Below, in pieces: positions 17,628-27,530 of a stretch of DNA of 64,000 nucleotides (positions within the stretch are counted from its first letter, which is position 1; each line of letters starts with the position of its first letter). Made by a program: the position numbers and the translations under genes. The notes below the pieces were generated by a model that was not told where the DNA came from, searched no databases, and saw only the letters and a list, made by a program, of their open reading frames with translations. The DNA is taken from sequence record PP712906.1. One strand, given 5' to 3'.

Positions 17628-18233
17628 ATGAAAAGAGTTGAGTTACACAAGAAAGTGGTAGACAAGCAAGCTGTTCTTCCAGATCATTCTCATGTGCAAG
17701 TTGAGACGTATTACCACACGTACAAGGGTTACATGAATTATCTAACTGGTTTGCGTGGTGTAGATGGTGATCAGTATCTGCTTGTTACAGATGATGGTCG
17801 TTTTGTTCGAGTAGAAGAGAAGCATCTAAACGGTCAAGAGCAGAAACAGCGCAAGAACAGTGGTGGTTTAATTGATGTACGAGCGCGTTTGCAACTGCCA
17901 GCGAAAGATTGGGATTGGTATGACTGTATCTGGCGTAATGGTAAGATTGTTTACAAGTACCGCGAGACAGATTTCGTTACTGAAGAACACGAGTTAGTGG
18001 TTGGTGAGATAGTAGACATTTACGAGTCTAACGACTTTAATGGTGATTATCCGCATGATGCTACAGTGGTGTTATCTAGACCGAAGCAAATGGTACTTGA
18101 AGCATATGGTAAACTAGTAGTGTTTACAGTGCCGAAAGAGCCATGTGGTGATAGTTTAGTCTCTGATTGTGGTGATTATCGTATTGCTGGTAATTACGCC
18201 GCGAGTGAATACGACGAAGAACTGCATTCGTAA
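17628..18233 (+). CDS. hypothetical protein
   Basis: 201-aa ORF. Confidence 0.75.
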   Translation: MKRVELHKKVVDKQAVLPDHSHVQVETYYHTYKGYMNYLTGLRGVDGDQYLLVTDDGRFVRVEEKHLNGQEQKQRKNSGGLIDVRARLQLPAKDWDWYDCIWRNGKIVYKYRETDFVTEEHELVVGEIVDIYESNDFNGDYPHDATVVLSRPKQMVLEAYGKLVVFTVPKEPCGDSLVSDCGDYRIAGNYAASEYDEELHS

Positions 18234-18243
18234 TTGAAGAAAA

Positions 18244-18317
18244 GGGTTGACGCTTGTCAGCCCTTTCTTGTATTATCTCTATATCGAAACGACATCGACT
18301 AACAGAGAGAGAAAATT
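18244..18317 (+). promoter_or_regulatory. terminator/early-promoter cassette
   Basis: GGGTTGAC-GCTT-GTCAGCCC-TTTCTT; TATTAT at 18271; ATCGAAACGA. Confidence 0.85.
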
Positions 18318-18674
18318 ATGTTTAACGCTACTACTGTTCTGAATCAACTAACTGCTTCAAACCATGGTCATTCACGTCTTGTTGCCATGACTGGTGCTAA
18401 GAATATCATGCAATCTGTAGAAAATCGTTTTGTTTCTTTCAAGTTGCCGAAAGCAGTACGTGGTATTAACTACGTGAAAATCACTCTGACTGACGCTGAT
18501 TTGTATGATATTGAGTTTGGTAAGCAATCTAGCAAAGCTTGTCCAGACATGAAAGCAATTGGTATTAAAGTGATGATGCCGCATTACGCTCAGAAGAAAG
18601 TCGTAAATGGTGTATACAACGACATGCTAAAAGAGATTTTCGAGCAAGAAACTGGTCTTTATTTGTCACTTTAA
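18318..18674 (+). CDS. hypothetical early protein
   Basis: LVAMTGAKN...VKITLTDADLYDIEF, a motif I recall from other phage hypotheticals. Confidence 0.75.
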   Translation: MFNATTVLNQLTASNHGHSRLVAMTGAKNIMQSVENRFVSFKLPKAVRGINYVKITLTDADLYDIEFGKQSSKACPDMKAIGIKVMMPHYAQKKVVNGVYNDMLKEIFEQETGLYLSL

Positions 18675-18676
18675 GC

Positions 18677-18753
18677 AAAAAGTGGTTGCATGGTGTAGCC
18701 ACTTACTGTATTATCTCTATATCGAAACGAGAACGACTAACAGAGAGAACATT
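18677..18753 (+). promoter_or_regulatory. terminator/early-promoter cassette
   Basis: AAGTGGTTGCA-TGG-TGTAGCCACTT; TATTAT at 18709; ATCGAAACGAGA. Confidence 0.85.
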
Positions 18754-19035
18754 ATGTTTAACCAAGTAGAAAGCAAAATCCGTGAATTCAAGACACGCAT
18801 CGAAGCTAACGAAGAGCCGACTATCGTATGGCCCGAGTTAGCAGAGTACATCGAAACGCTATTGAAATTCGCTGGTGTTACTATTGGTTGGGGTGATTTC
18901 AATGAAATGATTATTGAACATATCTCTAGTTGGGAAGATGTATCGTGGGAATACACTGAAGCGCGTTACCAGCCAAACAACATTGAGCTTGTGAAGTCTA
19001 TTCTATTGCCATTTGCAGTGTTCAAAAACTACTAA
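18754..19035 (+). CDS. hypothetical early protein
   Basis: Start reassigned to the ATG after GAGAGAACATT. Confidence 0.75.
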   Translation: MFNQVESKIREFKTRIEANEEPTIVWPELAEYIETLLKFAGVTIGWGDFNEMIIEHISSWEDVSWEYTEARYQPNNIELVKSILLPFAVFKNY

Positions 19036-19058
19036 TTCGCCAAAAAAGAGAGAAAATT

Positions 19059-19448
19059 ATGCAAAATAACACCGAAATTCGCCGTGTAATCAGCGAAAAA
19101 GCACTTGAATTACGTCAAAACACCGAGATTTTGAGTGATGACGACTCTTACACGTGTCATATTCTTGAAGATCACGTTGCTGACACGCTTGGCGAGCATT
19201 GTCGCTTAGAAAGTATGCTTCTCATTCATGATCTTGGTATTGCTTTTTGTAAGCATGTACGCGCTGAACCAGAAGCTGTTTTCGGTCGTGAATTGAATTC
19301 AACCACGGTTGAATACATCGACGAGATACTTACACACAAGCTTACTGCATTTGTACATAGCATTTCGCGTTCATTTGACGATGACGAAGGTATTGAGTTT
19401 GCAGATGTGCGTAAAGCATGGTTAAAATTCTTGATTAATTCACTATAA
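19059..19448 (+). CDS. hypothetical protein, paralog of 19785-20198
   Basis: AFVHSISRS...RKAWLKFL. Confidence 0.75.
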   Translation: MQNNTEIRRVISEKALELRQNTEILSDDDSYTCHILEDHVADTLGEHCRLESMLLIHDLGIAFCKHVRAEPEAVFGRELNSTTVEYIDEILTHKLTAFVHSISRSFDDDEGIEFADVRKAWLKFLINSL

Positions 19449-19453
19449 AGTGC

Positions 19454-19524
19454 AAAAAGTGGTTGCGTGCTGTAGCCACTTTCTGTATTATCTCTATATC
19501 GAAACGAGATACAGAGAGAACATT
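19454..19524 (+). promoter_or_regulatory. terminator/early-promoter cassette
   Basis: 53 of 56 nt identical to the copy at 18677. Confidence 0.85.
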
Positions 19525-19773
19525 ATGAACTTAATCACACGCAGCAAAATCAATCACGATTCACTTTGGCTTAAAATCATTGCTTCTGACAAGAGCGAAG
19601 TAAAGCTATTCATCGGTCGTACTGGTGTAAAAATCAGTCACAAAACGACTGCTGCTTCAGCTACTGTTATTCGTGAAGTTGCGAACAACGTAAACAAAAT
19701 GTTCAATGAGCTATACAAGAGTGGTTTGCCTTACGGTCAAATCATTGAGAAAATCGAAGCCGCTTACAAATAA
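19525..19773 (+). CDS. hypothetical early protein
   Basis: Start reassigned to MNLITRS. Confidence 0.75.
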   Translation: MNLITRSKINHDSLWLKIIASDKSEVKLFIGRTGVKISHKTTAASATVIREVANNVNKMFNELYKSGLPYGQIIEKIEAAYK

Positions 19774-19784
19774 GAGATAAAAAT

Positions 19785-20198
19785 ATGTCTTACAATGTCG
19801 TGCCAGTTATTAAGAAAACAGCTTTAGCCATGTCTGAAGACGATTCACTCTTACGTGACACGTTCGCGTATAGCTGCTGTGTCGTCTGTGATAAGGCAGC
19901 ACTTGAAATCGACGATGAATTGCCAGAGAGTGATTATGCCGTAATCTGGACAACTTGCAATCGCTTTGTTGAAAAAGCAGGTGAAGCGTTCTTGCGTCGA
20001 GTAATTGCCGATACCAAGTCTGTCCTTGGCTTTGATATACCGCAATTGGTTAAAAACGAGATTCTAGAAGATCTTGAATACGATATGGTTGGTGCTTTTG
20101 TTCATACACTAGCGCGTTCATACGGGCCGTTGAATGAAGAGCATTTTGTACTTGCTCGTAAAGCATGGCTGCAATTTTTATCAAAATATGAGGGTTAG
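19785..20198 (+). CDS. hypothetical protein, paralog of 19059-19448
   Basis: AFVHTLARS...RKAWLQFL. Confidence 0.75.
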   Translation: MSYNVVPVIKKTALAMSEDDSLLRDTFAYSCCVVCDKAALEIDDELPESDYAVIWTTCNRFVEKAGEAFLRRVIADTKSVLGFDIPQLVKNEILEDLEYDMVGAFVHTLARSYGPLNEEHFVLARKAWLQFLSKYEG

Positions 20199-20200
20199 AA

Positions 20201-20551
20201 ATGACTTTAGCTGAATTAGCAGTAGACCATCCGTATTACTGTGCTGACTGTAATTACTACAGTCGCGAAGCTGGTGCAACTTACGACACAATGAAAGAGT
20301 TTTTAGACGAGTTCGAAGACGCTGACGTTGACTACAACCTTGTTTTTCGTTGGGATGTAAAGCCGATTTTAGACGATGAACACGACAAGCCAACTGGTGA
20401 GTTTTACGCTGAAGTCTTTATCATGCAGCAACGCAAAGGTATTTTCGCGCCGTTTTACATTCGTTCTATTACGGAAGATGACGTGCCGCGTTTTGTCGAG
20501 TACTTGAAGCCGCATAAAGAACGTCTTGAGCAAATCTGGATGCCGCTATGA
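20201..20551 (+). CDS. hypothetical protein
   Basis: ORF with GAGG RBS; DHPYYCADCNYYS. Confidence 0.75.
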   Translation: MTLAELAVDHPYYCADCNYYSREAGATYDTMKEFLDEFEDADVDYNLVFRWDVKPILDDEHDKPTGEFYAEVFIMQQRKGIFAPFYIRSITEDDVPRFVEYLKPHKERLEQIWMPL

Positions 20552-20796
20552 TTCTGAATATCTTAATGTGGTACTTCGGGATTGCACTTGTGTACTTTCT
20601 TTACTGTGAAGCACACGACTGGATTTTGTACTTCAAGAACGGTCGTCGTGCAGACAACAAGTTCCCGATTACACACTCTGGCACTCATACGCTTTATTTG
20701 TTTATGGGTTTATTATGGTTCCCTTTGATGTTACTCTTGTTAAAGTGTGAACTTGAACAGCGATTTAAAATGGTGAAACTATGGCTGAAGAAGTAA
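20548..20796 (+). CDS. membrane protein
   Basis: Two hydrophobic segments; ATGA overlap. Confidence 0.65.
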   Translation: MILNILMWYFGIALVYFLYCEAHDWILYFKNGRRADNKFPITHSGTHTLYLFMGLLWFPLMLLLLKCELEQRFKMVKLWLKK

Positions 20797-21092
20797 AAGA
20801 CTATGATCGCGCAGTTGTCGTGATCAACTACAAGAGTGGTAGAGCCGTTGCGTTTTGGGTTTATTCCTTTACGCATGAAGAAACGATGCGTGGCGCGTCT
20901 GTTGAGTGGCATTCAGCGACCAATCCGCTTGATGAAAAAGAGAGTAATGAACTTCGTGAGCGTTTAGCACGTCAGAACATTGCATTGTTAGAAGACCCAG
21001 TTCGACTCGCTACCGACGTTTCAGACATTGAAAGTATCTGGGTAGCAGAGCGTTATCTAGGTCAAGATGGGGAAATTCCAGAAGATGAGTGA
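20781..21092 (+). CDS. hypothetical protein
   Basis: ORF in operon. Confidence 0.65.
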   Translation: MAEEVKDYDRAVVVINYKSGRAVAFWVYSFTHEETMRGASVEWHSATNPLDEKESNELRERLARQNIALLEDPVRLATDVSDIESIWVAERYLGQDGEIPEDE

Positions 21093-21315
21093 TTTAATTG
21101 CAGGTATTGTCGGCGTGTTCGTCGTCCTTTTCATGGCAATTGTCGGTCTAGTGTGGTCGATTATTGAGTTTATCATTGGTGTGCTTGTGCTACTAGGGGC
21201 AGTAGTAGTGGGTATTATCGCGACTGTACTAGGCGCTGCAATTGCAACGATTGCATGGCCATTTGTAGAAGCGCGAAAAGCTTACAAAGAACACCGTCGC
21301 AAGAAGAATGATTAA
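21085..21315 (+). CDS. membrane protein
   Basis: Very hydrophobic ORF with a basic tail. Confidence 0.7.
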   Translation: MSDLIAGIVGVFVVLFMAIVGLVWSIIEFIIGVLVLLGAVVVGIIATVLGAAIATIAWPFVEARKAYKEHRRKKND

Positions 21316-22060
21316 TCTAAGATCATTGATTGCCAGAGTCAAACAAGAACGTGATGGCCCCGTAATGGATGAATGTCGCTGTACTGTATGTCATAAAGAC
21401 TTTGCAGTTGCAGATTGCATTCATGATTACGGGCATCATGACGGTTGGGAAATGCCGCCTTATACTGAAATTCAATGTCCCGAATGTGAATGTGGCGGTT
21501 GTATTGAAGATTTCTGGTCGAGCGATAAAGCCGTTCTTGAATATGGTGAATATCTTCAAGAGCACGAATCGAGTCGATTTGAAGAATACAAGTCGTATTT
21601 CCCAGATGTGTATGGAGAGACAAAAATGATTTACCGTTTCTGGAAAACACCCGATAATATCTGTCTCATTGAAATGACAGACGACCATGCCAACGAAGGC
21701 ACACGAGCTTACATGACCGATATGCATGATCTATACAATGAAAATCATGGTCGTTATATGCTTCTTGGTAACGTTCATTCTTGGGGTACGATTGACTTCA
21801 CCACTTACGATATCCGTGAGTTACGTTGTCTCGGTTCGATTGAAACTGAAGAACTGACGCTTTCGGCACAAGATAAATCAGTCTTGTCTCGGACGGTTGG
21901 TAAAGAAGGGTTCGATTACGCCATGTTGCATTACAGCGATTACCAGTCTGTAGAGTATAATGTCGTCGAGTCAAGAGAGTTTCACGCGCTGAGAAACAAC
22001 TTGATTAACGCACGAACTGAACTCGAAACGTGGTTACAGCTACAAGGGATAGTAGAATGA
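21308..22060 (+). CDS. hypothetical protein with N-terminal Zn-ribbon (possible fusion)
   Basis: CxCxxC...CPECECGGC; internal GGAG-ATG at 21626. Confidence 0.65.
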   Translation: MINLRSLIARVKQERDGPVMDECRCTVCHKDFAVADCIHDYGHHDGWEMPPYTEIQCPECECGGCIEDFWSSDKAVLEYGEYLQEHESSRFEEYKSYFPDVYGETKMIYRFWKTPDNICLIEMTDDHANEGTRAYMTDMHDLYNENHGRYMLLGNVHSWGTIDFTTYDIRELRCLGSIETEELTLSAQDKSVLSRTVGKEGFDYAMLHYSDYQSVEYNVVESREFHALRNNLINARTELETWLQLQGIVE

Positions 22061-22242
22061 ACGTAGGTGATGTTGTTAAAGTCACTGCTGCGCCAGCTAG
22101 TCGTTATCACAACATCGACGGTCAGCCAGTGACTATAATTGCAATTACTGAACATGACAACAAGCCGTTGTACGTGTTCTTTCATGGCGGTCAGAACGGC
22201 ACTGGTTATGGTGCAATGCAAGAACACGGGTTTAAACGATGA
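22057..22242 (+). CDS. small KOW/SH3-like protein
   Basis: MNVGDVVKV; ATGA-coupled. Confidence 0.6.
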   Translation: MNVGDVVKVTAAPASRYHNIDGQPVTIIAITEHDNKPLYVFFHGGQNGTGYGAMQEHGFKR

Positions 22243-22390
22243 ACAAAATGTACGCCGTCCGTTCTTCTCTATACGGGTTGTTATGGAAAGTCGTTATCTT
22301 CGCGGACAACTACGACCGCAGAACTGTTTCATATCATTTCACTTACAACGGGGCTTATGAGCTTTGTCGTAAGCTAAACGAGGAAAGGCA

Positions 22391-22858
22391 ATGATACAGG
22401 TACAACAAGTTTCACTAGACATTGACCAATGGCTTGAATATGCTTTGCAGAAATTCGAAGACGCGAAATCGCAATATCTCAAAGCCGTTGCTAAAGCGAA
22501 TGCATTCTCATGGGAGAAAGAAGAACCAGTTCTGGTGAAAACGTTCTTCATGGAATACGGCGGTGAAAGCGATCCTCGTTATCTGCTTGAGTTCTGGTCT
22601 GAAGTCAATGCATATATTGACGAGCACACGAGCGACAACTGGCAGTTTTGCTATATTGAAGAAAACGAGTATGACGCCAACGATGACCCGTATGAAGATT
22701 ATGAAATGCTATCGACTTCTATTGCAGTATATGCAACGGTCAAAGGCGACGATTACACGCAGTCTGAAGAGTATCGAGCATTGAAAGATGACGTTGATCT
22801 CTGTCTAGAGCATCTATTAGAATGCAAGGAAAATTTCAAACGGGAGTTTAACAAATGA
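22391..22858 (+). CDS. acidic hypothetical protein
   Basis: ORF with GAGG RBS. Confidence 0.75.
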   Translation: MIQVQQVSLDIDQWLEYALQKFEDAKSQYLKAVAKANAFSWEKEEPVLVKTFFMEYGGESDPRYLLEFWSEVNAYIDEHTSDNWQFCYIEENEYDANDDPYEDYEMLSTSIAVYATVKGDDYTQSEEYRALKDDVDLCLEHLLECKENFKREFNK

Positions 22859-23181
22859 GCCAAATGGAATACAATAAAGGCGTATTGCATCCAACTAGCA
22901 AGTCGATTGAAGAACTAGCTGAAGAGCTTGTGACAGATTTACCAAGCTATTACGATTCTAAAGTCGAATATCTCTTGGATAATCACGTCGATTATGGGCT
23001 AGTTTTGGTTTGTGACAAGCCTTACACTGTCACTTTTGAAGCCGAACGCGAAGACCTATATCATCTTGCACGTGCTGACGTTCAAGAAAACGGTGATATT
23101 CATTTCGAGACGTATCACTATAACGGTGGTGCTCATTGGACTGAAGTAGTAGAAGATGCATTACGTGAGGTTAAGCAATGA
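22855..23181 (+). CDS. hypothetical protein
   Basis: ATGA-coupled. Confidence 0.75.
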   Translation: MSQMEYNKGVLHPTSKSIEELAEELVTDLPSYYDSKVEYLLDNHVDYGLVLVCDKPYTVTFEAEREDLYHLARADVQENGDIHFETYHYNGGAHWTEVVEDALREVKQ

Positions 23182-23350
23182 TCATTCTTGAGTTCATTTT
23201 TACTCTATTAGCCGCATACGCAGGGAACTACATCGGTCGCTATATCTCGGTGAATAATGGCACATACACTAAGCCGAATCCGTTTGCGTTTGAAAATCTC
23301 AATCACGAAGTCAATTGGGTATTGGCGATTGTACTAATGGTGATTATCTA

Positions 23351-23935
23351 ATGGCAAAACTTTACTACAATTATTCCGCTATGAACGCGGGTAAATCTGC
23401 ACAGTTGTTACAAGCTGCTCATAACTACGAACAGACTGGTTCTACTGTGTGGTATTTTAACTACTATCAAGACGACCGTTTTGGTGGTGTTGGGAAGATC
23501 TCTAGCCGTATTGGCTTAGAGCATGACGCTGTGCTATACAGTGAAGAGTTCGATTTCATTGACTATGCTTTATTTGAGCGAGTTCCAGCCGCGATTTTCG
23601 TCGATGAATGTCAGTTCCTTACTGAGAAACAAGTACTTCAGCTTGCTACGCTGGTGGATCAGTACAACATACCAGTGCTTTGTTACGGTATACGTAACGA
23701 TTACATGGGTAATTTGTTTGCGGGTTCTGCTGCGTTGATGTGTCATGCCGATGAGATTCGAGAAATCAAAGCTATGTGCTCAGTCGAGGGTTGTCATAAG
23801 AAAGCAACTCATATCGGGTTGTACATCGGCGGTGAGCGTGTAACACAAGGTGAACAGACATATATTGGTGATACTGATTACCGTAGTATGTGTCGTAAGC
23901 ATTTTCTAAGGGATGCAAATGGACAGAGTACTTGA
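23351..23935 (+). CDS. tk: thymidine kinase
   Basis: YSAMNAGKS, FVDECQFL, VLCYGIRNDY, LFAGS, C..C Zn site and YRSMCRKH. Confidence 0.95.
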   Translation: MAKLYYNYSAMNAGKSAQLLQAAHNYEQTGSTVWYFNYYQDDRFGGVGKISSRIGLEHDAVLYSEEFDFIDYALFERVPAAIFVDECQFLTEKQVLQLATLVDQYNIPVLCYGIRNDYMGNLFAGSAALMCHADEIREIKAMCSVEGCHKKATHIGLYIGGERVTQGEQTYIGDTDYRSMCRKHFLRDANGQST

Positions 23936-24221
23936 ATTGGAGTCGCAGATTGCGGCTCTTCAACGGGAATTACAAGACGAGCGTAACCGATGTCGTCATA
24001 CTCGCGTTACATATGAGTTCAAGTCGAATACGGGTAATTATGATCCGCATTCAGATTGCTACTGGAATGAAGTGCAGTGTATTGACTGCGGTTCTCGTAT
24101 GCACTTCGACTCAGATGATGACAATGATAATTATCGCCTTGCTGGTGTAATCGGTTCTGAAGGTAAAGTTGAGAAACACGATTACGAAACATATTTGAAA
24201 GTGAAAAAGGAACTAGAATGA
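23919..24221 (+). CDS. hypothetical protein (Cys/His motif)
   Basis: CRH...CIDCG. Confidence 0.7.
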   Translation: MDRVLELESQIAALQRELQDERNRCRHTRVTYEFKSNTGNYDPHSDCYWNEVQCIDCGSRMHFDSDDDNDNYRLAGVIGSEGKVEKHDYETYLKVKKELE

Positions 24222-24568
24222 AGTACGTACGTTATACTGAATTCAATGACCACGAAGGTGAGACATGGCATCGTTTTATCCCGATGACAGATCCGTGTTT
24301 AGACAAGTTTCTAGATGTCATGAAGCTAGTTGAAGATGACCCCGAAGAAGCGTATTCGATTGAAGTCGATGCCAACGGAAAGCTTGTCCAATACGATGAG
24401 TCATACGTAAAAGTGCTAGTGGACGAAGCAGCCATGTATATGAGCGGTTACATGAACATGTATGCCGTATGTAATATTAACGAAAAGCTATTCGAATGGG
24501 TTGCCGATGTCGATAATGACGTTGAAGCCGTTTGCGAAATGCTATACAAAATGGGGTGGGCGAAATGA
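24218..24568 (+). CDS. hypothetical protein
   Basis: ATGA-coupled. Confidence 0.75.
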   Translation: MKYVRYTEFNDHEGETWHRFIPMTDPCLDKFLDVMKLVEDDPEEAYSIEVDANGKLVQYDESYVKVLVDEAAMYMSGYMNMYAVCNINEKLFEWVADVDNDVEAVCEMLYKMGWAK

Positions 24569-24888
24569 GCCAAGCACTATATGACGCAGTAAAAGCGTAC
24601 AACGACGAACATGGTTATTCAAACGAGCCAGATTCGATGTACGAGACGTTTGTAGAATGCCTAAGCAAACGCATTGTACAAGAAGAAACCGAATCTGAGC
24701 ATCGTTGGTATGATGTTCGTTCTGTGGTACATGCTGTTGACATCGACGGCGTAGAGCGTTACTTCCAGACCTTTGATTATCACATTACTGGTGATAACTG
24801 TACCAGAGACATGGATTTAGACATGCCGACGCTTGATGATGTAACAGAAGTTCATCCGCATCAAGTAACCATGACTGTTTACAAGTAA
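24565..24888 (+). CDS. hypothetical protein
   Basis: ATGA-coupled. Confidence 0.75.
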   Translation: MSQALYDAVKAYNDEHGYSNEPDSMYETFVECLSKRIVQEETESEHRWYDVRSVVHAVDIDGVERYFQTFDYHITGDNCTRDMDLDMPTLDDVTEVHPHQVTMTVYK

Positions 24889-24890
24889 CG

Positions 24891-24913
24891 AAAGCCCCTT
24901 AATTGGGGCTTTT
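24891..24913. terminator. intrinsic terminator (repeated sequence)
   Basis: AAAGCCCC-TTAATT-GGGGCTTTT; same sequence at 44069 and 60665. Confidence 0.85.
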
Positions 24914-24933
24914 TGACATTTAAGGAAAATGAA

Positions 24934-25482
24934 ATGAAGAAAGTGTGTGGCGTCGGTATAAACGACATCAAGAACTCTAATAAACAAAAATTCAAACGAG
25001 TATGGGCATCTATGCTTGAACGAGCATATTCCACAATATGGGCTAGTAAACACCCAACATACAACAACGTTACTGTTTGTGACGATTGGCATGTGTTATC
25101 GTCGTTCAAGACGTGGTTTGATATGCACTACGTGGATGGTTGGCAACTTGACAAAGATCTAATAGACCCCGATTCTAAAATCTATTCGCCAGAAACGTGC
25201 GCGTTTGTACCGCAGTATTTGAACAAGTTAGAAACTGACAGTGCAGGTATAAGAGGAGAATACCCAAAGGGAGTTCACTTCCACAAAAAAGCACAGAAGT
25301 ATAAAGCTCAAATTACAGTAGACAACAAGCCAGTTCATCTAGGTCTATTTGATACTGTTGATGATGCTCATGATGCATACCAAATAGCCAAGTCGGAACA
25401 CGTGTTAAACGTCGTAATACCACGAGCGATTGCCGACGGTGTTGATTCTAGAGTCATAGAATCTTTGCGTTCTCGATATTAA
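24934..25482 (+). CDS. free-standing HNH-type endonuclease with C-terminal AP2 domain
   Basis: GVGIND, VTVCDDW..FKTWF, WQLDKDL, YSPETCAFVP; AP2-like PKGVHF..KYKAQI..HLGLF..AH.AY. Confidence 0.8.
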   Translation: MKKVCGVGINDIKNSNKQKFKRVWASMLERAYSTIWASKHPTYNNVTVCDDWHVLSSFKTWFDMHYVDGWQLDKDLIDPDSKIYSPETCAFVPQYLNKLETDSAGIRGEYPKGVHFHKKAQKYKAQITVDNKPVHLGLFDTVDDAHDAYQIAKSEHVLNVVIPRAIADGVDSRVIESLRSRY

Positions 25483-25506
25483 TTTTAAGTTTTTTGCAAA
25501 AAATGG

Positions 25507-25585
25507 TTGCATGGCGAATGGCAATTTCCTATTATAGCTACATCGAAACGCACAACGCGCTAGACCAAAATAGAGAGATAACAAA
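25507..25585 (+). promoter_or_regulatory. early promoter with ATCGAAACG leader (weak hairpin)
   Basis: TTGCAT - 17 - TATTAT. Confidence 0.7.
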
Positions 25586-26200
25586 ATGCCAAGCAATCTA
25601 AACAACATCAAAATCAAAGACATTCGCGAATTCGGTATCAGCACTATTTCATACAAAGATTTCACTATCTTTGCTACTGAAGAAGCTGACGAGATTGTTC
25701 TACGCGCTGCTGTAGAATACGATGAGAACTCAGACGCTCACGTATCAGTTACTGAAGTGTGTGGTGACACTCTGAAAGAAGCGAAAGCTTACCTACAAGC
25801 TGAATTGAACGACGTTGAGCACACTGCTGGTCAGATTGCTGAAATGGCGATTGCACTTGACTTCACTGGTCAATACGACGTTCTAGTTGAGAAATTCAAC
25901 GCGCCAAAAGCGAAGCCAGTAGCAGTAGTCGCTCCTGTAGCTAAAGTATCTGCTCTAGTAGAAGAGACTAAGCCTGAGCCAAAAGCTGAAGCGCCTAAGA
26001 AGACTAACGCACGCGGTGCTGCTGCACGTGAGCTAGTCGCTGAGAAAGCAACTGAAGTTCTCGGTCTGACTGACATCACTTTCGAGCAGCGTGGCAAATA
26101 CAAAGACTGGTACATCATGGGTACTGACGCTGAAGGCGAAGCATTTGAGCAACGTCTAGACGTATTCAAGAAGAAACTAGTAGTAATGGGAGCATTGTAA
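25586..26200 (+). CDS. hypothetical early protein
   Basis: 204-aa ORF with an Ala/Pro/Lys linker. Confidence 0.8.
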   Translation: MPSNLNNIKIKDIREFGISTISYKDFTIFATEEADEIVLRAAVEYDENSDAHVSVTEVCGDTLKEAKAYLQAELNDVEHTAGQIAEMAIALDFTGQYDVLVEKFNAPKAKPVAVVAPVAKVSALVEETKPEPKAEAPKKTNARGAAARELVAEKATEVLGLTDITFEQRGKYKDWYIMGTDAEGEAFEQRLDVFKKKLVVMGAL

Positions 26201-26379
26201 TGGTTAATCAAGTACGACGTATCAATGGTGATGATTACATTGTCAAGTCTCACCGTGACAACAAGTGTGAAGTACAAAAGCTTTCACATATTGAATTAGT
26301 TCTTGACACGTACGACGTTCACGAGCTAGAATCTTTCGAACTTATTACAACACTATCTGATACTTTTTAAGGACATATT

Positions 26380-26940
26380 ATGAACATCAAAGCAGGTCAA
26401 ATCGTAGTTTCAACGGCAACATCACACAAGTCAGTTGGCAAGAATGGCGAGTACGGATTGGTCATGCACGCCAACAACACTCTAGCAATCGTATATTGGC
26501 CAAACGCAGGTCGTTGTGTCAAACAGTTTTTCAAAAATGCGACTATTGCATATGCGCCGTCTAGAACTACGTTTAATACCAATATCAATCGCGATAAAGC
26601 CGAAGCTGCATACGCACAATACAAAAACGATACTAAACCAGCAAAACGCAAACAAGAAAGTGAAGATAATAGTCAACCGTCATTGAATACGCCGATGGGA
26701 TATGCAGTTGCGTTGATGCGCAATGACTTATCAGCACGAGAACTAATTTCGATGCATGATGGTCTTATTTCGTCTGAGCAAATGTATTTGAGACACGTTG
26801 AGCGAGTTACTGGCGAATCAGCCTCGATTCACAGTGCGAAGATACAGTTACAGAAAACACTGCGTGCTCAAGAGCTATCAGAAATCGACGCAGAGATTAA
26901 GCGCCTTGAGCAACTAAAAGCACAACTTGCAAACAAATAA
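26380..26940 (+). CDS. hypothetical protein
   Basis: AAGGA RBS; C-terminal coiled coil. Confidence 0.75.
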   Translation: MNIKAGQIVVSTATSHKSVGKNGEYGLVMHANNTLAIVYWPNAGRCVKQFFKNATIAYAPSRTTFNTNINRDKAEAAYAQYKNDTKPAKRKQESEDNSQPSLNTPMGYAVALMRNDLSARELISMHDGLISSEQMYLRHVERVTGESASIHSAKIQLQKTLRAQELSEIDAEIKRLEQLKAQLANK

Positions 26941-26972
26941 AACTTTATACCCAAACTTGAGAGAAAAACATT

Positions 26973-27530
26973 ATGAACAAATCAGTACAACTAGTAATCG
27001 CATTCGCTGGAACTTACATGCCAACTGCATACGAACTTGGTCAGAACTTCTATGATGAAAGCAAAAGCAAGACATATATTGACTCGGTGCGTCGTCAATG
27101 TGCTAAAGAGCTTGAAGAAGGCGTGAAAGCGGGATTGCTAACTCGTGTTAAAGGTAAGAAGTATGCAGGTTCAACTAAGTTCGCGCATCGTTACACATGT
27201 CGTAAGTACGCTGATAAGATTGGTCTAAAGAACGTACCTTACCGTGACGGTCGTAATGCTCCACCACGCACTGGCATTATTGCACTGATTGAAAAATGCG
27301 TTGCTGAAATGATCATTGACAAAACGTACCGTCACAAGAAGTTCACTTCAAACGAAGTTGGTATCGCTACTGTTATTCAATACATTCGCGAAGGAAAAAC
27401 ACCGGCTGCACGCAAGATCTTGAGCAGTCACGCGAACACATATGAAAAGAACGTGAAGTACGTTGTTCGCAATCACCGTGGTGTCCTTGATGACAAAGGG
27501 CTTAACTTACGCGACTTAGTGAAAGCATAA
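26973..27530 (+). CDS. basic hypothetical protein
   Basis: GAGAG RBS; Lys/Arg-rich. Confidence 0.75.
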   Translation: MNKSVQLVIAFAGTYMPTAYELGQNFYDESKSKTYIDSVRRQCAKELEEGVKAGLLTRVKGKKYAGSTKFAHRYTCRKYADKIGLKNVPYRDGRNAPPRTGIIALIEKCVAEMIIDKTYRHKKFTSNEVGIATVIQYIREGKTPAARKILSSHANTYEKNVKYVVRNHRGVLDDKGLNLRDLVKA

